Assembly (NCBI RefSeq): GCF_036321535.1
Contig: NC_087437.1
Location: 1,798,001-1,862,000 of the forward strand
DNA: 64,000 bases
Source: Camelus dromedarius
Lineage: Eukaryota
Direction of reading: 5' to 3'
The notes beneath the pieces were generated by a model. It was not told the origin of the DNA, searched no databases, and saw only the letters and a list, made by a program, of their open reading frames with translations. The position numbers and the translations under genes are program-made. Positions 26,489 to 40,534 of this stretch are shown here, piece after piece (position 1 is the first letter of the stretch; the number at the start of each line of letters is the position of its first letter).

Positions 26489-29400
26489 CATTCTGACTTG
26501 AAAGCCAAGGTCCTTCCACTATCCTTCATCACATATCCTGTGGTAGCTAGGAATATATACAAATTTGGGAAAACAGCCTAGGAAAAATGAAGACACTACA
26601 ATGGTCTAAAGTGATCACCTGGTTCCTATCACATACTCTGAACATTACCATATATATTAGCACCTTATTTGGGGAGCTGGGGCTCTGTTTAGGAAGAAGA
26701 AGCTAGAAGCAGAACTAAGGTAACTAGAAATATAAAATGAAAGAAAGTAATAATTCAAGATATAGTAGCTGAATCTAGGGGGGAAATGTAGTAATGAATA
26801 AGCACATGGAAGCACACAATAGAATTCAAAAGGCTTTTGCAGAGTCGTTGAGGACTATCAACACCCCACTTCACCCCGGAGACCCATCTAGAGAAGGGTG
26901 GTCCTTAGGGTATAAGAACTTCACAAAGCTATCCTTCAAACCAGCCTAGATGTGTGTTTATGCTGTCTAACTTCCAATAGTACATACAATACAAATCTAC
27001 AAGGATTATTAAAGATGTAAATTTATAAAGCATTTTTTAAACTCACAAACCAAGTAATTATAATAAGTATTTAAACACAATTTCACTCCTCATTTTCTAC
27101 ATGTTCTAAATGATTCCCTGCTTTGGGGAAGGACCTGGGATGGAACCAGCTTTCTGATGGGCAGTGGGGAAGGCCTGGAGTGGCACATTTGGGGTTGAGG
27201 TCTTGCTTCACTTACTTCAGCAGATTGTTTCACTGATTTGTAGATATGCTTTCTCAGCGTAGATCAGCCAATCTTGGCCTACCTCACAGGTTTCTGAGAT
27301 GCTCAAGTAAACTGGTGTACACGAATGTAAATGTCGGCCATTTTCACCCATCAGTGACGCTCATGAGCTCCTCTTCCCTAAGTGTTGCCAACAACTTGAA
27401 CGCGCACGTCAGCCCATGTCCTGATGCTGGCTCCATTTGCCAGCTGTGTAACTCAGGCACGTCACCGGCTTCAATTTCTTCCAATGTAAATTGAGTAATT
27501 TATGCTAAAGTTCTAAACTGTTCCTTCAAAATATCCTTACAAATTAACTTTATCATGTACTGTTTTCTAACTTACTAACCTTGTCCCTGTAATTACATAG
27601 TAAATCTCTTCAGGCAGGAAAAAATTATTAATTTTAAAGCTAAAAATGGAATTTTGTAGATATCAAAAAACAAGAGACGCAAAATAATACTTACAATCCT
27701 TTTTGCCAAGAAAAAGTAGTGGAGGGAAGTATGAGTTTACTAACCCAAAACACGATGGAGAAGGAGACGTGGACAAAGGACAGAAAAGCACTTGTGTTCG
27801 CTGGAAAGTGAAGTGCAAAAAGAAGGATATAAAGATCACAAAAGTGAAAAATGGAAAAATGTTCAAGACGACATGTATGCTTCAAGTAAAAGTGACTGTG
27901 GCTATGGATAATTTGAAGAGCTTGATTTTTTTTAAAGAGAAAAAAAAGCCTCTTCTTGCAAATCAAATACTTCAATATTTATTTCAGCGAAACCTCATGT
28001 TTCAATTGAAATTTAAAGTCCCAGAGAATGTTTCAAACTAGTATCATCAGGCAAGTCTCATGTTAAAAACAGAAAGCCAAACGGACTATAAAAAGTTGAA
28101 CCATAATACAAAACTCATTTTGTTCTCGCCTAGTAAAAGTTGTATTTTATCTATTTCTTTGCAATGTTACTTGTCCTTCACTTGAACACAAACTACATTG
28201 GCCTGTGTAAGTTGACAACATTTCTTATCTTGACTGACTTTAAACATCTCAGACAAACTGAAAACAAAGTGTAAATAAGTAAAATTGAATTTCATCTGAA
28301 TTAAAGAATCTAAACTGAGTGCTCATATTGCTGACTTTATTAATGACTCCTTAATTAAAAAGGTTCTAAGTTCCTATAGTTTGAGGATTAACACATATTA
28401 AAAATAATAGTGTGAAATAACCCAATTTACAATATCAGGAGATGATAATGATTCTTGCAGCAAGAAACAAGGTCTAATAAAAATAATCTAAATTCCCAAT
28501 ATCACTTACTGACAATCACAGCTTTATATCACACTAAAATTGCATACTTATCTCCTCATTAGCAACTAATCTCACTTATTCTCCATGCCAAACCAATTAG
28601 AAGAAAATTTTCAGACTCAAAGGAATTAACAGGACACTTGGACTTCTCTCAGTCTTCTTGTGACCCAAATAACTAGCAAGCACTTGTATATGAAATCCAA
28701 ATTGTTTTTCTAAACTAATTAATGAAATGAAGGACATAAAAATGTTATCAACTAATAGCAACTAAAGTCCCATATACCAATAGTCCTCAAGCAAATGGAA
28801 TAATTGCCAGATGTTGACAGGTTCTTCTTGGTCGACTCTGAGACTAATTTGGGGTGTAAATAAGGAGGAGGAAAGACAGGCAGCTGCTTATCAAACACAG
28901 CAAATTGTTTAGGTGATAAAGGAATAATTTATAGGCCATGCCTATAAACAGCTATTTAAGCAGCTTCTGGATTGTCCCAACTCTTCAGGCACATGACACA
29001 AGGTGAACAAATTATTCAGAAATTATTCAGAAAAGCAGAAATTTGCATTTATATGGCATTTTCTTCCAAGCCTCTCAAAATGGAAGAATATAAAACTAAG
29101 CCACTTCTTAAAATTTCATAAAAAGCCTGAAATTTCTGAAAAGAATTTTGGAAAGCTTGATTCTCCTGTCAGTTCCTTATTTTCTGTGTCCTTTCAACCA
29201 TTTATTTCAGAAATCAGACTGTAACCCTTCGTTAGATTTTCATATTGTTTCCTCTCCTTTCACATCCCCAGACGCAACAGAAAGTGTCCACTGTACCCGG
29301 TTATCACTGTCTCCCCAAGATTTTATAACTGACTGAATGAGAGCCTCAAAGCAGACTTTCTGAGGACATATTTTATGTTATAAATTAACAGTTCACTAGC

Positions 29401-31654
29401 TGTCCGTAGCTCTAAAGTTTTAAAAGGCTAAATTCATAGTAAATCAGAAATTAAATTTAGTTTGATTACAGATTTTATATTTCTTTACTAAAATTGAGGC
29501 CCTTCAAGAGATCTCCAAACAGCTGTGTGCAGTGTTCTCAGGACAGTTCTCTGGCTCTGAGGCCCACAGCACATCTGACCCTGTACCTGCTAGGTTTGCT
29601 CCTAGCAGCAGTGATCGCACAAACCCAGAGATAGCACTGCAGAAGCACTCTGTACATATTTGTTTAAAGGAGGGAGGAGGGTTGGCATGTAGATTTTTGA
29701 AATTTTTAAACTCTAGCTTCAGAAAAGCCTTCCAAAGATGTCAGACACCAGTAAGGCCAAGGTCGCATGGACGTGAGCAGTGCGACATACAGCAGAATGA
29801 CTGAAAGGCAGCTGCTTCCACCCATCAGTACAATTGTATGAACTTTGTGCCTGAAGTGAAATTAAAAATATTTTCTCACACCAAGTCAAGATCTCTGAAA
29901 TCCCTAGCCAACGATTAAGCCATTGATCAGCACAGCTGTTTCCCTTCGTCTTATTTCAGAGAAGCTTCACCTGATCTGGAATCTCAGGAAGCACCTTCAA
30001 TTTCCCTGGGAAAACACCTGACAGATTTCTTTTTAATCTCCCATTAGATAAAGCTCTCTGCAGATCAAAGGGGCCTCACTCAGGCAGATGTGTTTTGCTG
30101 TCAATGGCTAAAAGGGAAAAACAGACTTAAGCAAAGTGCTCAGAGAATCCTTAAATAATCAGGCACTAAATGGAGAATACAAAGTCTGCAGGAACATCAG
30201 CAGGAGAGGAGAAGCGCAGCACTCACACACATGCACACTCCCCCTGGGAAACGACCTAGATATCAGCCCTACCAGGAACACTAAACCACAGCTATGTGGG
30301 CAAGCTCTCTACAAACATTCTAAAACACTGAAGAAGCACACATAACCTAATGCTGTCTGCTTCAAGTCTTAATGTCCAAAGAATTTCTGATGGGATCACC
30401 TAACTGACACAAAATTCCAAATTTAAAATCAACCTGTACATAATCAAATGATCAGAAAAATCAATCTTTAAACCTAACAACATATTGTTAATAAGTTTTT
30501 GATAACTCCATGTAACTAGAGAAAAGTCCAAAGTGTGTAAACAGCCCCCAGAATTCTGTAAACCAGTTTCTGTTTCTATCCTTCCAGAAAACGGATCATT
30601 GGGAATGAGAAAATCATATTTCACTAGCAGTAAAAGGAAATATACTCCTCTTGGACAACATGAATATCACATGAGGTAAGGATAAAAAAATGTTAAACAT
30701 ATATATGAACTTGGTCACAACTTGAACAAATGATTCTCTGCTTTTATTTTCCTTTCAAAAATACTGAGATAACTATTCATTTCTTGGGTATATATATACC
30801 ATTATAAATGGCTGCAGCAAAGAACTGCTTACACTCTTCATTAAAGAAACATAACAGCAATGACAATGTCACCTACATATGACAATCAGAAAGCTAGAAA
30901 GTCCGAAAATTACATAAAAGCAAGAGCTCTAATCAACTTGTGATGCAGTTTCAGATGTCTCTAAGTATCATTCCAGTAAATAAACTAATAAAGTCTAAGC
31001 TAACTAAGGAAAAGTAACTAAGGTTCCATTTGGAGAATAAGTTTTAATTAAACACTGTCTAATTTAAGACATTTTACCGTTAAGTGTTTCTTCAGTCACA
31101 TCTCAATTTATAAATATAAAAAAGTAGAAAGAAATCACTAACAAAGAAATTGATTATAAGACAAATTCTTAAAGGTTTCAACAAAATTTGTTTCTAAGGA
31201 ATCTTGATTGCTGTGAAACATAAACTATGATTTACATTGTATTTTAGTAAGATAACAATTTTAAAAGAACTTACTATGATAAAGCATTACCTAAAAGCAA
31301 ATAAACTCTCTCAAGTAAAGGAACATCTAAGCCCATTTCTCCAAAACCCAGTTGTAGTGTTGTTTCACCACGTACAGTCTTTATATAAACTGAACGTATA
31401 ATGGGCAACAACTCTCACATGCCCATGAGTATGGCTCTTAAATTTATAGGTAAAAATATTTTCTTTTTTAAGAGAATATAAGTGGTGTTTAGCTTCAACT
31501 TAGATGTTGCTCAATATACAGAACTTTATTGTGTTTTTAATTATTAACAATTTTAAAAACATTTTTCTACTGTAAAAGTAATATGTGCTTATTATAGAAA
31601 AATTTTACAGAGTTTTTACTAATTTTTACTGACTTTATTAAAAATACACGCTCT

Positions 31655-31816
31655 TGGCAGGGAGGGTATAGCTCAGCAGTGGAGTGTATGCTTAGTATGC
31701 ACGAGATCCTGGGTTCAATCTCCGGTGCCTCCATTAAGTAATAAATAAACCTAAGTAAATAAATAAATAAACCTAACTACACCACCACCATCCCCACCCT
31801 GCAAAAATAAATAAAT
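31655..31816 (+). mobile_element. tRNA(Ala)-derived SINE, camelid Vic-1 type
   Basis: 'gggagggtatagctcagcagtggagtgtatgcttagtatgcacgagatcctgggttcaatc' plus (AAAT)n tail; degenerate TSD aaatacacgctct / aaatatatgctct. Confidence 0.88.
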
Positions 31817-33829
31817 AAATATATGCTCTCCATGAAGCAAAGTATAAAGAAGTAAAAAGTATCCCAAATTCTAGCACCCAGGTGTAACCACATTTATCAA
31901 CATTTTATGTCTTTCCTTAAAGTCATATTTACTAACTACATATATGTTTTCACATCCTTGATCATGGAAGTACAGAGACAGGGGAAGACAGGGAACAACA
32001 AAGACAAAGATATTTAAAAGCATATTTATTGAGGGAACTAGAAAAAAGATACTAACAAAAAGAATTTGATGGCACATAATGTTTACCATGGATGATGTGT
32101 AAATATTTCCAACTTTAAAAACTCAATGCCTCCAGTCATTTCACATCAGTTTAAAGACACAGTAAATCAGTCAAAATCCTAAGCTATGAAAGTTCCCTCT
32201 ATGTTGTTCAATTCAACTGTGCTATGGAGAAGGGGGTGGGGCAATACTTTGTGTAATCCTCTTGACAGATTATCATAATCATTTGGATAGTTCTGCCATT
32301 ACCAACAAATGCTACAACAGAAAGGAGCCAGTTATTATTTTACATGATAAGCAAGAATGACAAGCAATTTCATATGAACTGTAGACTGGAACATGGCTCA
32401 AAAAGCAAATATACTCATTCTGAGATAAGATCAGATGAAGAAGGGTACACCTGCCAGAGACAGCACACGGCTGAGCTCACAGCCCCGGCTACAGAATCCA
32501 ACTGACAAGATAACCCAACTCAGTTCTTGAGGTTAGGACACCAACTCAATCAGAATCCTGTCTGTGAAAAAAATAGTGTTCCCCTTGTCCTCCGGGTAAG
32601 CCCCTAGAATTTATCCAGTATCAGAGAGAAAGCACAATAATTTTACTCATAGTTGAATTTGCAAGTGTTATAAAAATGTTGGAAAACTTATGGTAACCTC
32701 CAGAGAATGCCATCCATTGTCACAAGTGACAAACTTGACATGAGGGCCTCTGCTTCATCCCAGAAGCAGCACTGCATCACAAATCAAAAAGGGCACTACA
32801 GAGTTTGTCCTTAGAATTCTACTAACCACTGTGAAGTGGAGGCATGATTCCAGTTTGCCTTGGGGAGCTCTCCAGTTGCGCCTCACTTACAGCATTGTCT
32901 CCACCACACTCAAATTTTCTGACTTAGTTTCTGTAAGAGTTTGTGCCCTTCCTTTCAGAAGTCTTCCTCTACTGCACCTTCAGTTAGTAATATTGTTAGC
33001 CTTAGCAACACAAAGTACATTATTTTAAAGATACTCAAAACTATAGTTCAGTGTCAAATTCTAAAAGAAAAAAAATCGTATAAATGCATATTCTCTCCAG
33101 ATAAGGACTAATTTAATAAACAGTATAAAGTTACAACTTATTTTGTAAAAATATACCAAAAAACTGAACTGACAAATAAGTAAATTATAAAGCTGAGATA
33201 CATTTCAGCCCAGGTATTTATGTATACAGCCAAAGATAGGGAAATGGTCCTGACCTTTTGGATGCCTGGACTGGGATAAAGGAAGAACTCTGGGGCCCAT
33301 GTACCTGGAAGTGTCTAAGTTCAGGTTCCAAAGTCACCACTAAATCATTCTCCTCATATAGCCCATTATGGAGGAAACATGTTGAAGGCAACCAGAAACT
33401 AATGCAGAGAAATATATGGAAAGACCAGCATTACAAGAACGATTAGCAGGGGTGGGAGGGGCACTTTTTTTTTTAATGAGCCCAGAAGGGCCCCTCACAA
33501 GGCTAAGCCCTGTCCCATCATTTTTTCCCTTAAAGACAGATAAAGTAATTTAAACCCACACAGAAAACTCACTTACTTTAGAAAACCAGAAATTACAAAC
33601 ACTTCTGTAATAATCATCATAATCATTTGATGATTTTTGGTACTCATCACAGGCTGGCACTAAACTATGTACTTTCATTTATATTATTATGTTATGTACA
33701 GTAAGTACCTCCACTTAACAGATGAGGAAGAAAGACTTTTAGAAAAACTGACGTCTGTAAAATCTTGCTCACAGTCACACAACAAGCTTAAGCGTCAGGA
33801 CGCAGCCACGGTCTATCTGACATCAGTCA

Positions 33830-34420
33830 TTCATTTCATTCATTCACTCATTCACAAATATGTCAGTCCCAACTATGTGATAAGCATTCTGCAGCACCAA
33901 GGTTAAAATGATGGGAAATAAAAAAAAAACAGAGAGAGAGAGACATTAATCATATTATCACAGAATTAAAGTTATATGTGTGTAAAGGACTGTGAGGGAT
34001 AAGGGAAGCCTACAAGTCCTCACGCAGTCTCCATGGAAGTCAAAGGCAGCCTCCCTGAGGACAGGACACATGTGCGAACATCCGAAGGGCAACAGAGTTA
34101 GTAAGAAACAAGGGCAAAGCCCCACAGCAGGAGGGAGCAGGGCTTTCACTGTTCAGAGGAAAGGAAGGGGGAGGGCAGGGAGGCGGGGTCCAGACGACAT
34201 AGTCCATGGTGAGGGGTTTGGTGTTTATCCAGTCAGCAATGGGAAGGCGCTGAAGGATAAGCAGATGGGGTGACATGATGCTATTTTTGTTTTTCAAAAA
34301 TCCCTTTGGCAATGAGCAATGGACAGACTGGAAGGGGACCAGAATAGGTGAGACGGGAGATGTTTGGGAGGAAAAATAATGCTATGTGGGTATAATGTGA
34401 ATGAGGCATTGAGGATGACA
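33830..34420 (-). mobile_element. L2 LINE 3' fragment
   Basis: 'cattcattcactcattcacaaata' tail, then L2-like 'caatgggaaggcgctgaagg...gggtgacatgat'. Confidence 0.6.
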
Positions 34421-34439
34421 CCTATGTTTACGGAGTGTT

Positions 34440-36470
34440 TGACTGGATAGTGGATTCAAAATCTGTATCATTGGAGTCCCAGAAGGAGAGGTGAAAGCTA
34501 GTGGGGCAAAAAGAATATCTGAAGAAATGATAGTAAAATATTTCCTAAATTTAGTGAAAAACAAAATCTACAGATTCAAGAAGCTGAATGAATCCCAAAC
34601 AGGATAAACCCAAATAAACCCATACCAAGGCAAATTAATGAAAACTTAAAAAAAAAAAAAAAACTACTGAAATCAGTGAGAGAGAAATAGCTCTTTACTT
34701 ACAGAGGAATAACAATTCAAATGACAGCAAATTTCTCAGCAGAAACCATGGAGGCCAGAAGGAAATGACACATTTCTTAACTGCTGAAAGAAAAAAACTG
34801 TCAACTATAACTTCTATATCAACAAAGTTATCCTTGAGAAATTGAGGAAAAAATTAAAACATTCTGAAACAGAGGAACAGAGAACAAAAGAATTCATGAC
34901 CAGCAAACCTTTCATTAAAGAATGTCAATTGTTCCCCCAAACTGATTCACTGATCTAACACGATTTCTATCAATATCCCAGCACAAACAGAGACATTGTT
35001 GACACAGACAAGAGGACTCAAAAATTTACATGAAAAGGCAAAGAACCTAGAATAGCTACAACAATTTAACACTGAGGAACAAAATGAATCACTCAACCCA
35101 ATATTAAGGCCTACTGTACAACTAGAATAATCAAGACTGTGTAGTATTGGCAGAGAAGCAGACACATATATAGATGGAACAAAACAGAGAACTCAGAAAC
35201 ATATACATATAATTATCCACCCAACTTATTTTTGACCAAGTTGCAAAAACAACTCAGTAAAAAAATAGCCTTTTCAACACATAGAGCTGGAGCAACTGGG
35301 CTACTATGGGGGGTGGGGGGGCTGGAAAAATTCAACCTAAGTCTTACATTTTATGCAAAAAATTAATTCAAAATGAGTCACAATCTTAAATGTAAAGCTT
35401 AAAACTTTAAGTTTTAGATAAAAAACAGGAGAAAATCTTCTGGAACTAATGATAGGCAAAAAGTTCTTTGACTTGACTCTAAAATAACAACCCATAAAGG
35501 AAAAATTGGTAAGCTGGGCTTTATCAAAATTAAAAACTTTTGCTCTGTAAAGACCCTGTTAAGAAGATGAAAAGATAAGCTACAGGCTGGGAGAAGATAT
35601 TTGCTACCCACATATCCAACCAAAAACAAGTATCTGAACATATAAAGAACTCTCGAAACTCAACAGAAAAAAATCTAATCATCAAATGGGCAAACAACAT
35701 GAACAGACATCAAAAGACATTCAACATCAACAATCACGAGACCAAAGTGAAATCATACTGAGATATCACTACATACTTATCAGAATGTCTAAATTAAAAA
35801 GCAATTATACCAAACACTGACAATGACACAGAGAAACTGTGCCATTCCTACATAGCTGGTGGCATACTAAAATGGTACAGCCACTCTGTGAAAAAGTCTG
35901 ACAGGTTCTTACAACTAAACATGCAATTACTATAAACTGAGAAACTGCACACCTATGATTTATCCAGAGAAATGAAAAATTATGTTCACACAAAGCCCTG
36001 CAAATAAATGCTCACAGTAGCTTTACTGGCAACAGCCAAAAACTACAAATAACCCAGACGCCCTCCAATGGGCCAATGGCTAACACACCCCAGCAGAGCT
36101 GTGTCATGGAATACTCCTCGGCAACAAAAAGGAATGAACCATCGATGAACACACAACTTAGCTGACTTCCAAGAGGATTATGCTAAATGAAAAAGAAAAT
36201 CCTAAAAGATTACATAAACTTTTAAACGACAACCTACAGAAATGGAAAACAAATTTGTCATCACCACGGATCAGGGACTGGGGAGCAGACAGCTATGAGA
36301 GCACAATGCAGTGACCCCCTGTAGTACCAGAACTAGTCTGCATCTCAACTGGAGAAACACAAACCTACACCTGTGATAAAGTTGCACAGAATTAAACGCA
36401 TGCACGCACACACACATAAATGACTACAAGTAAATCTGGGGAAACTTGAGAAATCTAAATATATTTATTA
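34440..36470 (+). mobile_element. Old L1 (L1MC/MD-like): ORF1 part joined to ORF2 C-terminus and 3' UTR by a large internal deletion
   Basis: ORF1 motif 'gcagaaaccatggaggccagaagg' up to ~34925, then late ORF2 'aaggcaaagaacctagaatagcta', 'aattaaaaacttttgctctgtaaagaccctgttaagaagatgaaaaga'. Confidence 0.8.
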
Positions 36471-39400
36471 ACACCAATAAAAGTTCATGTTAAAGGGGAA
36501 GTTTAAAAGAAAAAAACAACAAAATGTAACAACAAAAGAAATGACAAAGATGAAAGTCTAGAAATTGAATGGTTTTTTATGACTTGGCTGTAGAATAAAA
36601 CCTGACAAAGGTCATCTCAGGTTTTTCTTGAAATCCAAAAGCATCATTCGTGCCAATAACTAATCACTTGCTTTCATCAGCTGCATATAAACAAAATCAG
36701 TAAAAGCTAACTATGAGAGCCAGAGGAGATAATTGATTGCTACTTAATTAGTAGCTTCTTCCTTGCTATCTCCCTGAAACCCTCCCACATGACACAACTT
36801 CAGATAGTTGCCCCCATTTACCACCCTCTTTCCTCAGTTTTGTCTTAAAGATCCCCACCAACCTCTGTATGATTACTCCCTAATTTCCCCACACTGAACA
36901 CTCTCTTGTGGATATGCCCATTTGTCAGTATCCTTCTGAACATGTCACACCCAGGACTAAATGCTGATGTTATCTGACCAGCACGAAGTCTAGTTACTTT
37001 CCTGGAACTGAATATTATCCTTACATCCAACATCTTAAGATTATTAAACCTAAGTTCTAAATTACACTAATGCAACTGGTATAAAACTAGAGAAAGAAAA
37101 TCAACTAATTCACTGCTAAATTAAAATGTATAACCACTTTGTACCCAACATGTATATAAAAGAATATGCATTCTCAGTAACAGATTTAAATAAAAATGGA
37201 GTATTAAGCAATAATTTACTACACATTAAATTATAATGTCTGGTACTTGCTTCACAATGAATGGGCAGAAGGGAACAGGTGGGATGTAGAAGAAACAAGA
37301 TTAACAATGAGCTAAAATTACTGAGGTGAAAAACTGGGTGATAGGTACATATTCCAATGCTGCATATGTTTACATTTTTCGTGATAAAAAGTTAAAGCAA
37401 TAAAAAATAAATGAAACATAAAATGGGAACAAAGAAGCTATCAGTTTGTGTATTTTGACTTGCAACAATTTTAAAAGACCAACAAAGCAGCAGCTGGTGA
37501 GAAATTGTGGAAATGAGGACTTAGTCAAAGTATAAATTAACACTACCTTTCTCAAGGGCAGCCTGGCGATACTCTGGACATACTCTGGGATGCAGCAATC
37601 CTCCTCCAAGGTATCTACTCTAACTAAGGTGATTATCAGACAAGCAGGAAAAGACATATAACTAACCATATTCATCACGTCATGATTTAAGGTGGAGAAG
37701 AACTTGAACAACGTCAATGTCTATTAATCCGAGAGTTAAGGAAAATCTGACTCACAGTGGAAGAGGATGCATCTATCCATTAAAAATAACGGTGGATGTC
37801 TATATTTATAGATTTGAAAAGCAACAGATTGTTGAGTCTAAGATTAAAGAATAGCGTACAATTTGATCCCACTTCTATGGGGATGTGTACACTTATACAT
37901 ATGTTAACAATGGTTAATCTGTGGGAAGGAAGACTTCTGTTGATGTTTACTTTCTTTTCTTTCCCAATTTAATTTTTACATTCTTTGTAGTTTTCTACAC
38001 TCAACCTTTTTTTTTTTTTTTTTTTTTTTTTTACAGAACAAGTAGCATTTTTACAAATCCTAAGCCATAGGAGGAGGTTTAGGGGGTGGTGGCTAACCAT
38101 CTTATTGGTGTTACATTAAGAGATATTCAACAAGTCATATATAAATGCCTAAGTATATAATTGTCTTTTTCTTTGGTGGGCTCTTTCTCCCAAAGAGAAT
38201 GTATATGGATACAACCAAGTGTGATGGTCTTTTTCAGGTCTCTCAAAGGGAATACATTTGACTCAGGCAATCTAGTCATGATTTCTAAAAGCCTGCAACT
38301 TTTATTATAACCACCATCTATAAGCTCTTCCTGCTCACAAAAAAATCAGTTGAATGAAATTGCAGAATTTCAAGGGGTCTAAGGATTATGTAGTTTTTTT
38401 TAAGTAAGACATTATTCAGCACTGGTTCTAGTTCTTTCAAAGATATATAAAACTACTATTCAGCAATACTAATAATTTTACACAAAAAGCTGGTTTATTT
38501 TGTTGATTTGCACTTTAATACCTTAAGACAGTTCTATGATGGAAATAGTTACTGTTATATTCTACCTTCTACAATTAAAATCATTATGATTGCTGGGAAC
38601 CAGGATTACATAAAAAGAGCTTCTCCACATGATTTTAATAAAAAGAATTTTAAGTGTAATGTCTGAATTCTCAAATTAAAATGTATCCAAATTTTTCTCC
38701 TTTTGAAGTTAGTATTCTTTGAATATTAATGAAAATAAAAAGTAAAATTACTTATGTCATGTATAAATATATGCAATAATCAGTGACATTAAGAGAAATG
38801 CAAAATAATAGGTTAAGATTACACATATAAAGGTTATAACATTATATATAAGAATGGGACTGCTAAAATATAAGTAATAAGAAAAAATAAGCCATTGATC
38901 CTCAGATTGTGAATCTTTTGAGTATCAGTGCTTATGATATGGTCTTTTAATTTAAGTTGTCAAATTTCTACATTAGAATAACACATCAGAATCTGTGTTT
39001 CAAGACGGACCTGTGAGACTCAAGTATCACCAAAATGTGGTGAGGAAGACAAGAAGCTGTCCTTCACAGTGGGTCTAGAGTTCTTTTTGTAATGGTGACA
39101 ATAAATGCAATTCTAAGGACACATAATGAATAGGTATTCCATTAGCAAATTCTACCTCATTATATGGGGCTTGAATATAGTTTCCTAGAGCTTGTTCTCT
39201 GTTAAAAGAGAAAAGTTCAACATGGAAAGCATGCTGTATGATAAAACAGAAAAACTAAGCATGGAAAAAGGACTTCCTTTCGAATGTTGGACCACAAGAC
39301 CTTTCAAATATATAGATTCTGCAATCTCGCCCTTTACTTTTTTGCTGTGCACAGGTTTAACAAAATTAAAGAGAAAAAACTAAAATCTCTGGTCTTAAAG

Positions 39401-40309
39401 ATATAAAACCAACCACCACTTCAAACTGACCCCATTAGGATGACTTTCTTAAAGAACAGTTTTCCAGTTTCTATTTTATTTTAACAGCAAAAGTTAAGAA
39501 CCTACTCTTGTTTTGAGTGCAAATCTCATTTTTATAACTAGAAGTTAGCTATACAGTGAGAGTTTATTTCCTGTTACTGAGCAGATAAGGAATCTAGCCT
39601 CACAACACCTTTGCTCACAAGGTCCCATCCTTTGTAAGAAACAAACTTTCAGGAGCTACTTCTTAACTACTCTTACCCCATGCTCCAAACAGGTTAAAGA
39701 TCATCTTTTATACCTACTTAAAATATTTTTTAAAAAGGACTAAGTAGACAAAAAGTTCATCAAATGAATGGGCAAACAAAGCACTGCTTTCAAAGTGGCC
39801 ATACAGTAGTCAGGCTTCTGGAATACTGGTATGTGTTCTAATGTTTTGATTTGGGTATCAATTACATGTGTGTGTTCCATTTGTGAAAATTTATCAAGTG
39901 ATATAGTATTTGTATACATTTCTGTACATCTATTTCAATAAGAAGCGTACTTTTAAAAAACAACATTCTGCTTATAATAATAATAATTAAAAAAGTCTAC
40001 TAAATGGTTTCAAATGCTAAGATAAAGGACAGGAATGTCAAGAAAAATAATCAGCCTGAATCTGCAATGTGAGAAAGAGAAACATGAATCACATCTCCCT
40101 AGAAAAATATATACTATACTTCACTATGGGGAACAACAGTCCATTTAAACTCATTTCTCTCAAGCTTATCTTCACATTATGAGATACATCACATGACTAA
40201 AATCCTCATCACATATGCAGCAATATGAGACCAAACGGCTTGAACAAATGGAAATAGGTCATATAAACCCTGAAATTAAAAGGCAGGGAAAGATACTCTA
40301 CTGGATAAA

Positions 40310-40440
40310 GCCAACATGGAAAAGGGACCTCAGTCCTACAACAGCAAGGAACTGAACATGATCAACAGTGAATGAACTTGGAAGTGGATTTTCCTCTAGA
40401 TACTCCAGGTATATTATGAGCCACCCAAACGCTGGCCCAC
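40310..40440 (+). mobile_element. MLT1 (MaLR LTR) fragment
   Basis: 'gggacctcagtcctacaacagcaaggaactgaa...tgaatgaacttggaagtggatttt' matches MLT1D/E-type sequence as recalled. Confidence 0.65.
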
Positions 40441-40534
40441 GTTAACTATATTTTTTCTTCCTATCTTTTACAGCAAGCTCTAAAAATTCAACAAGTACAG
40501 GCATAAAAGGTGATAAAGAAAAAACTACACAACA

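Noticed and set aside
38007..38036. T26 followed by ACAG as a plus-strand acceptor or retrocopy tail
   Set aside because: No convincing downstream donor, retrogene body or TSD; treated as a simple homopolymer.
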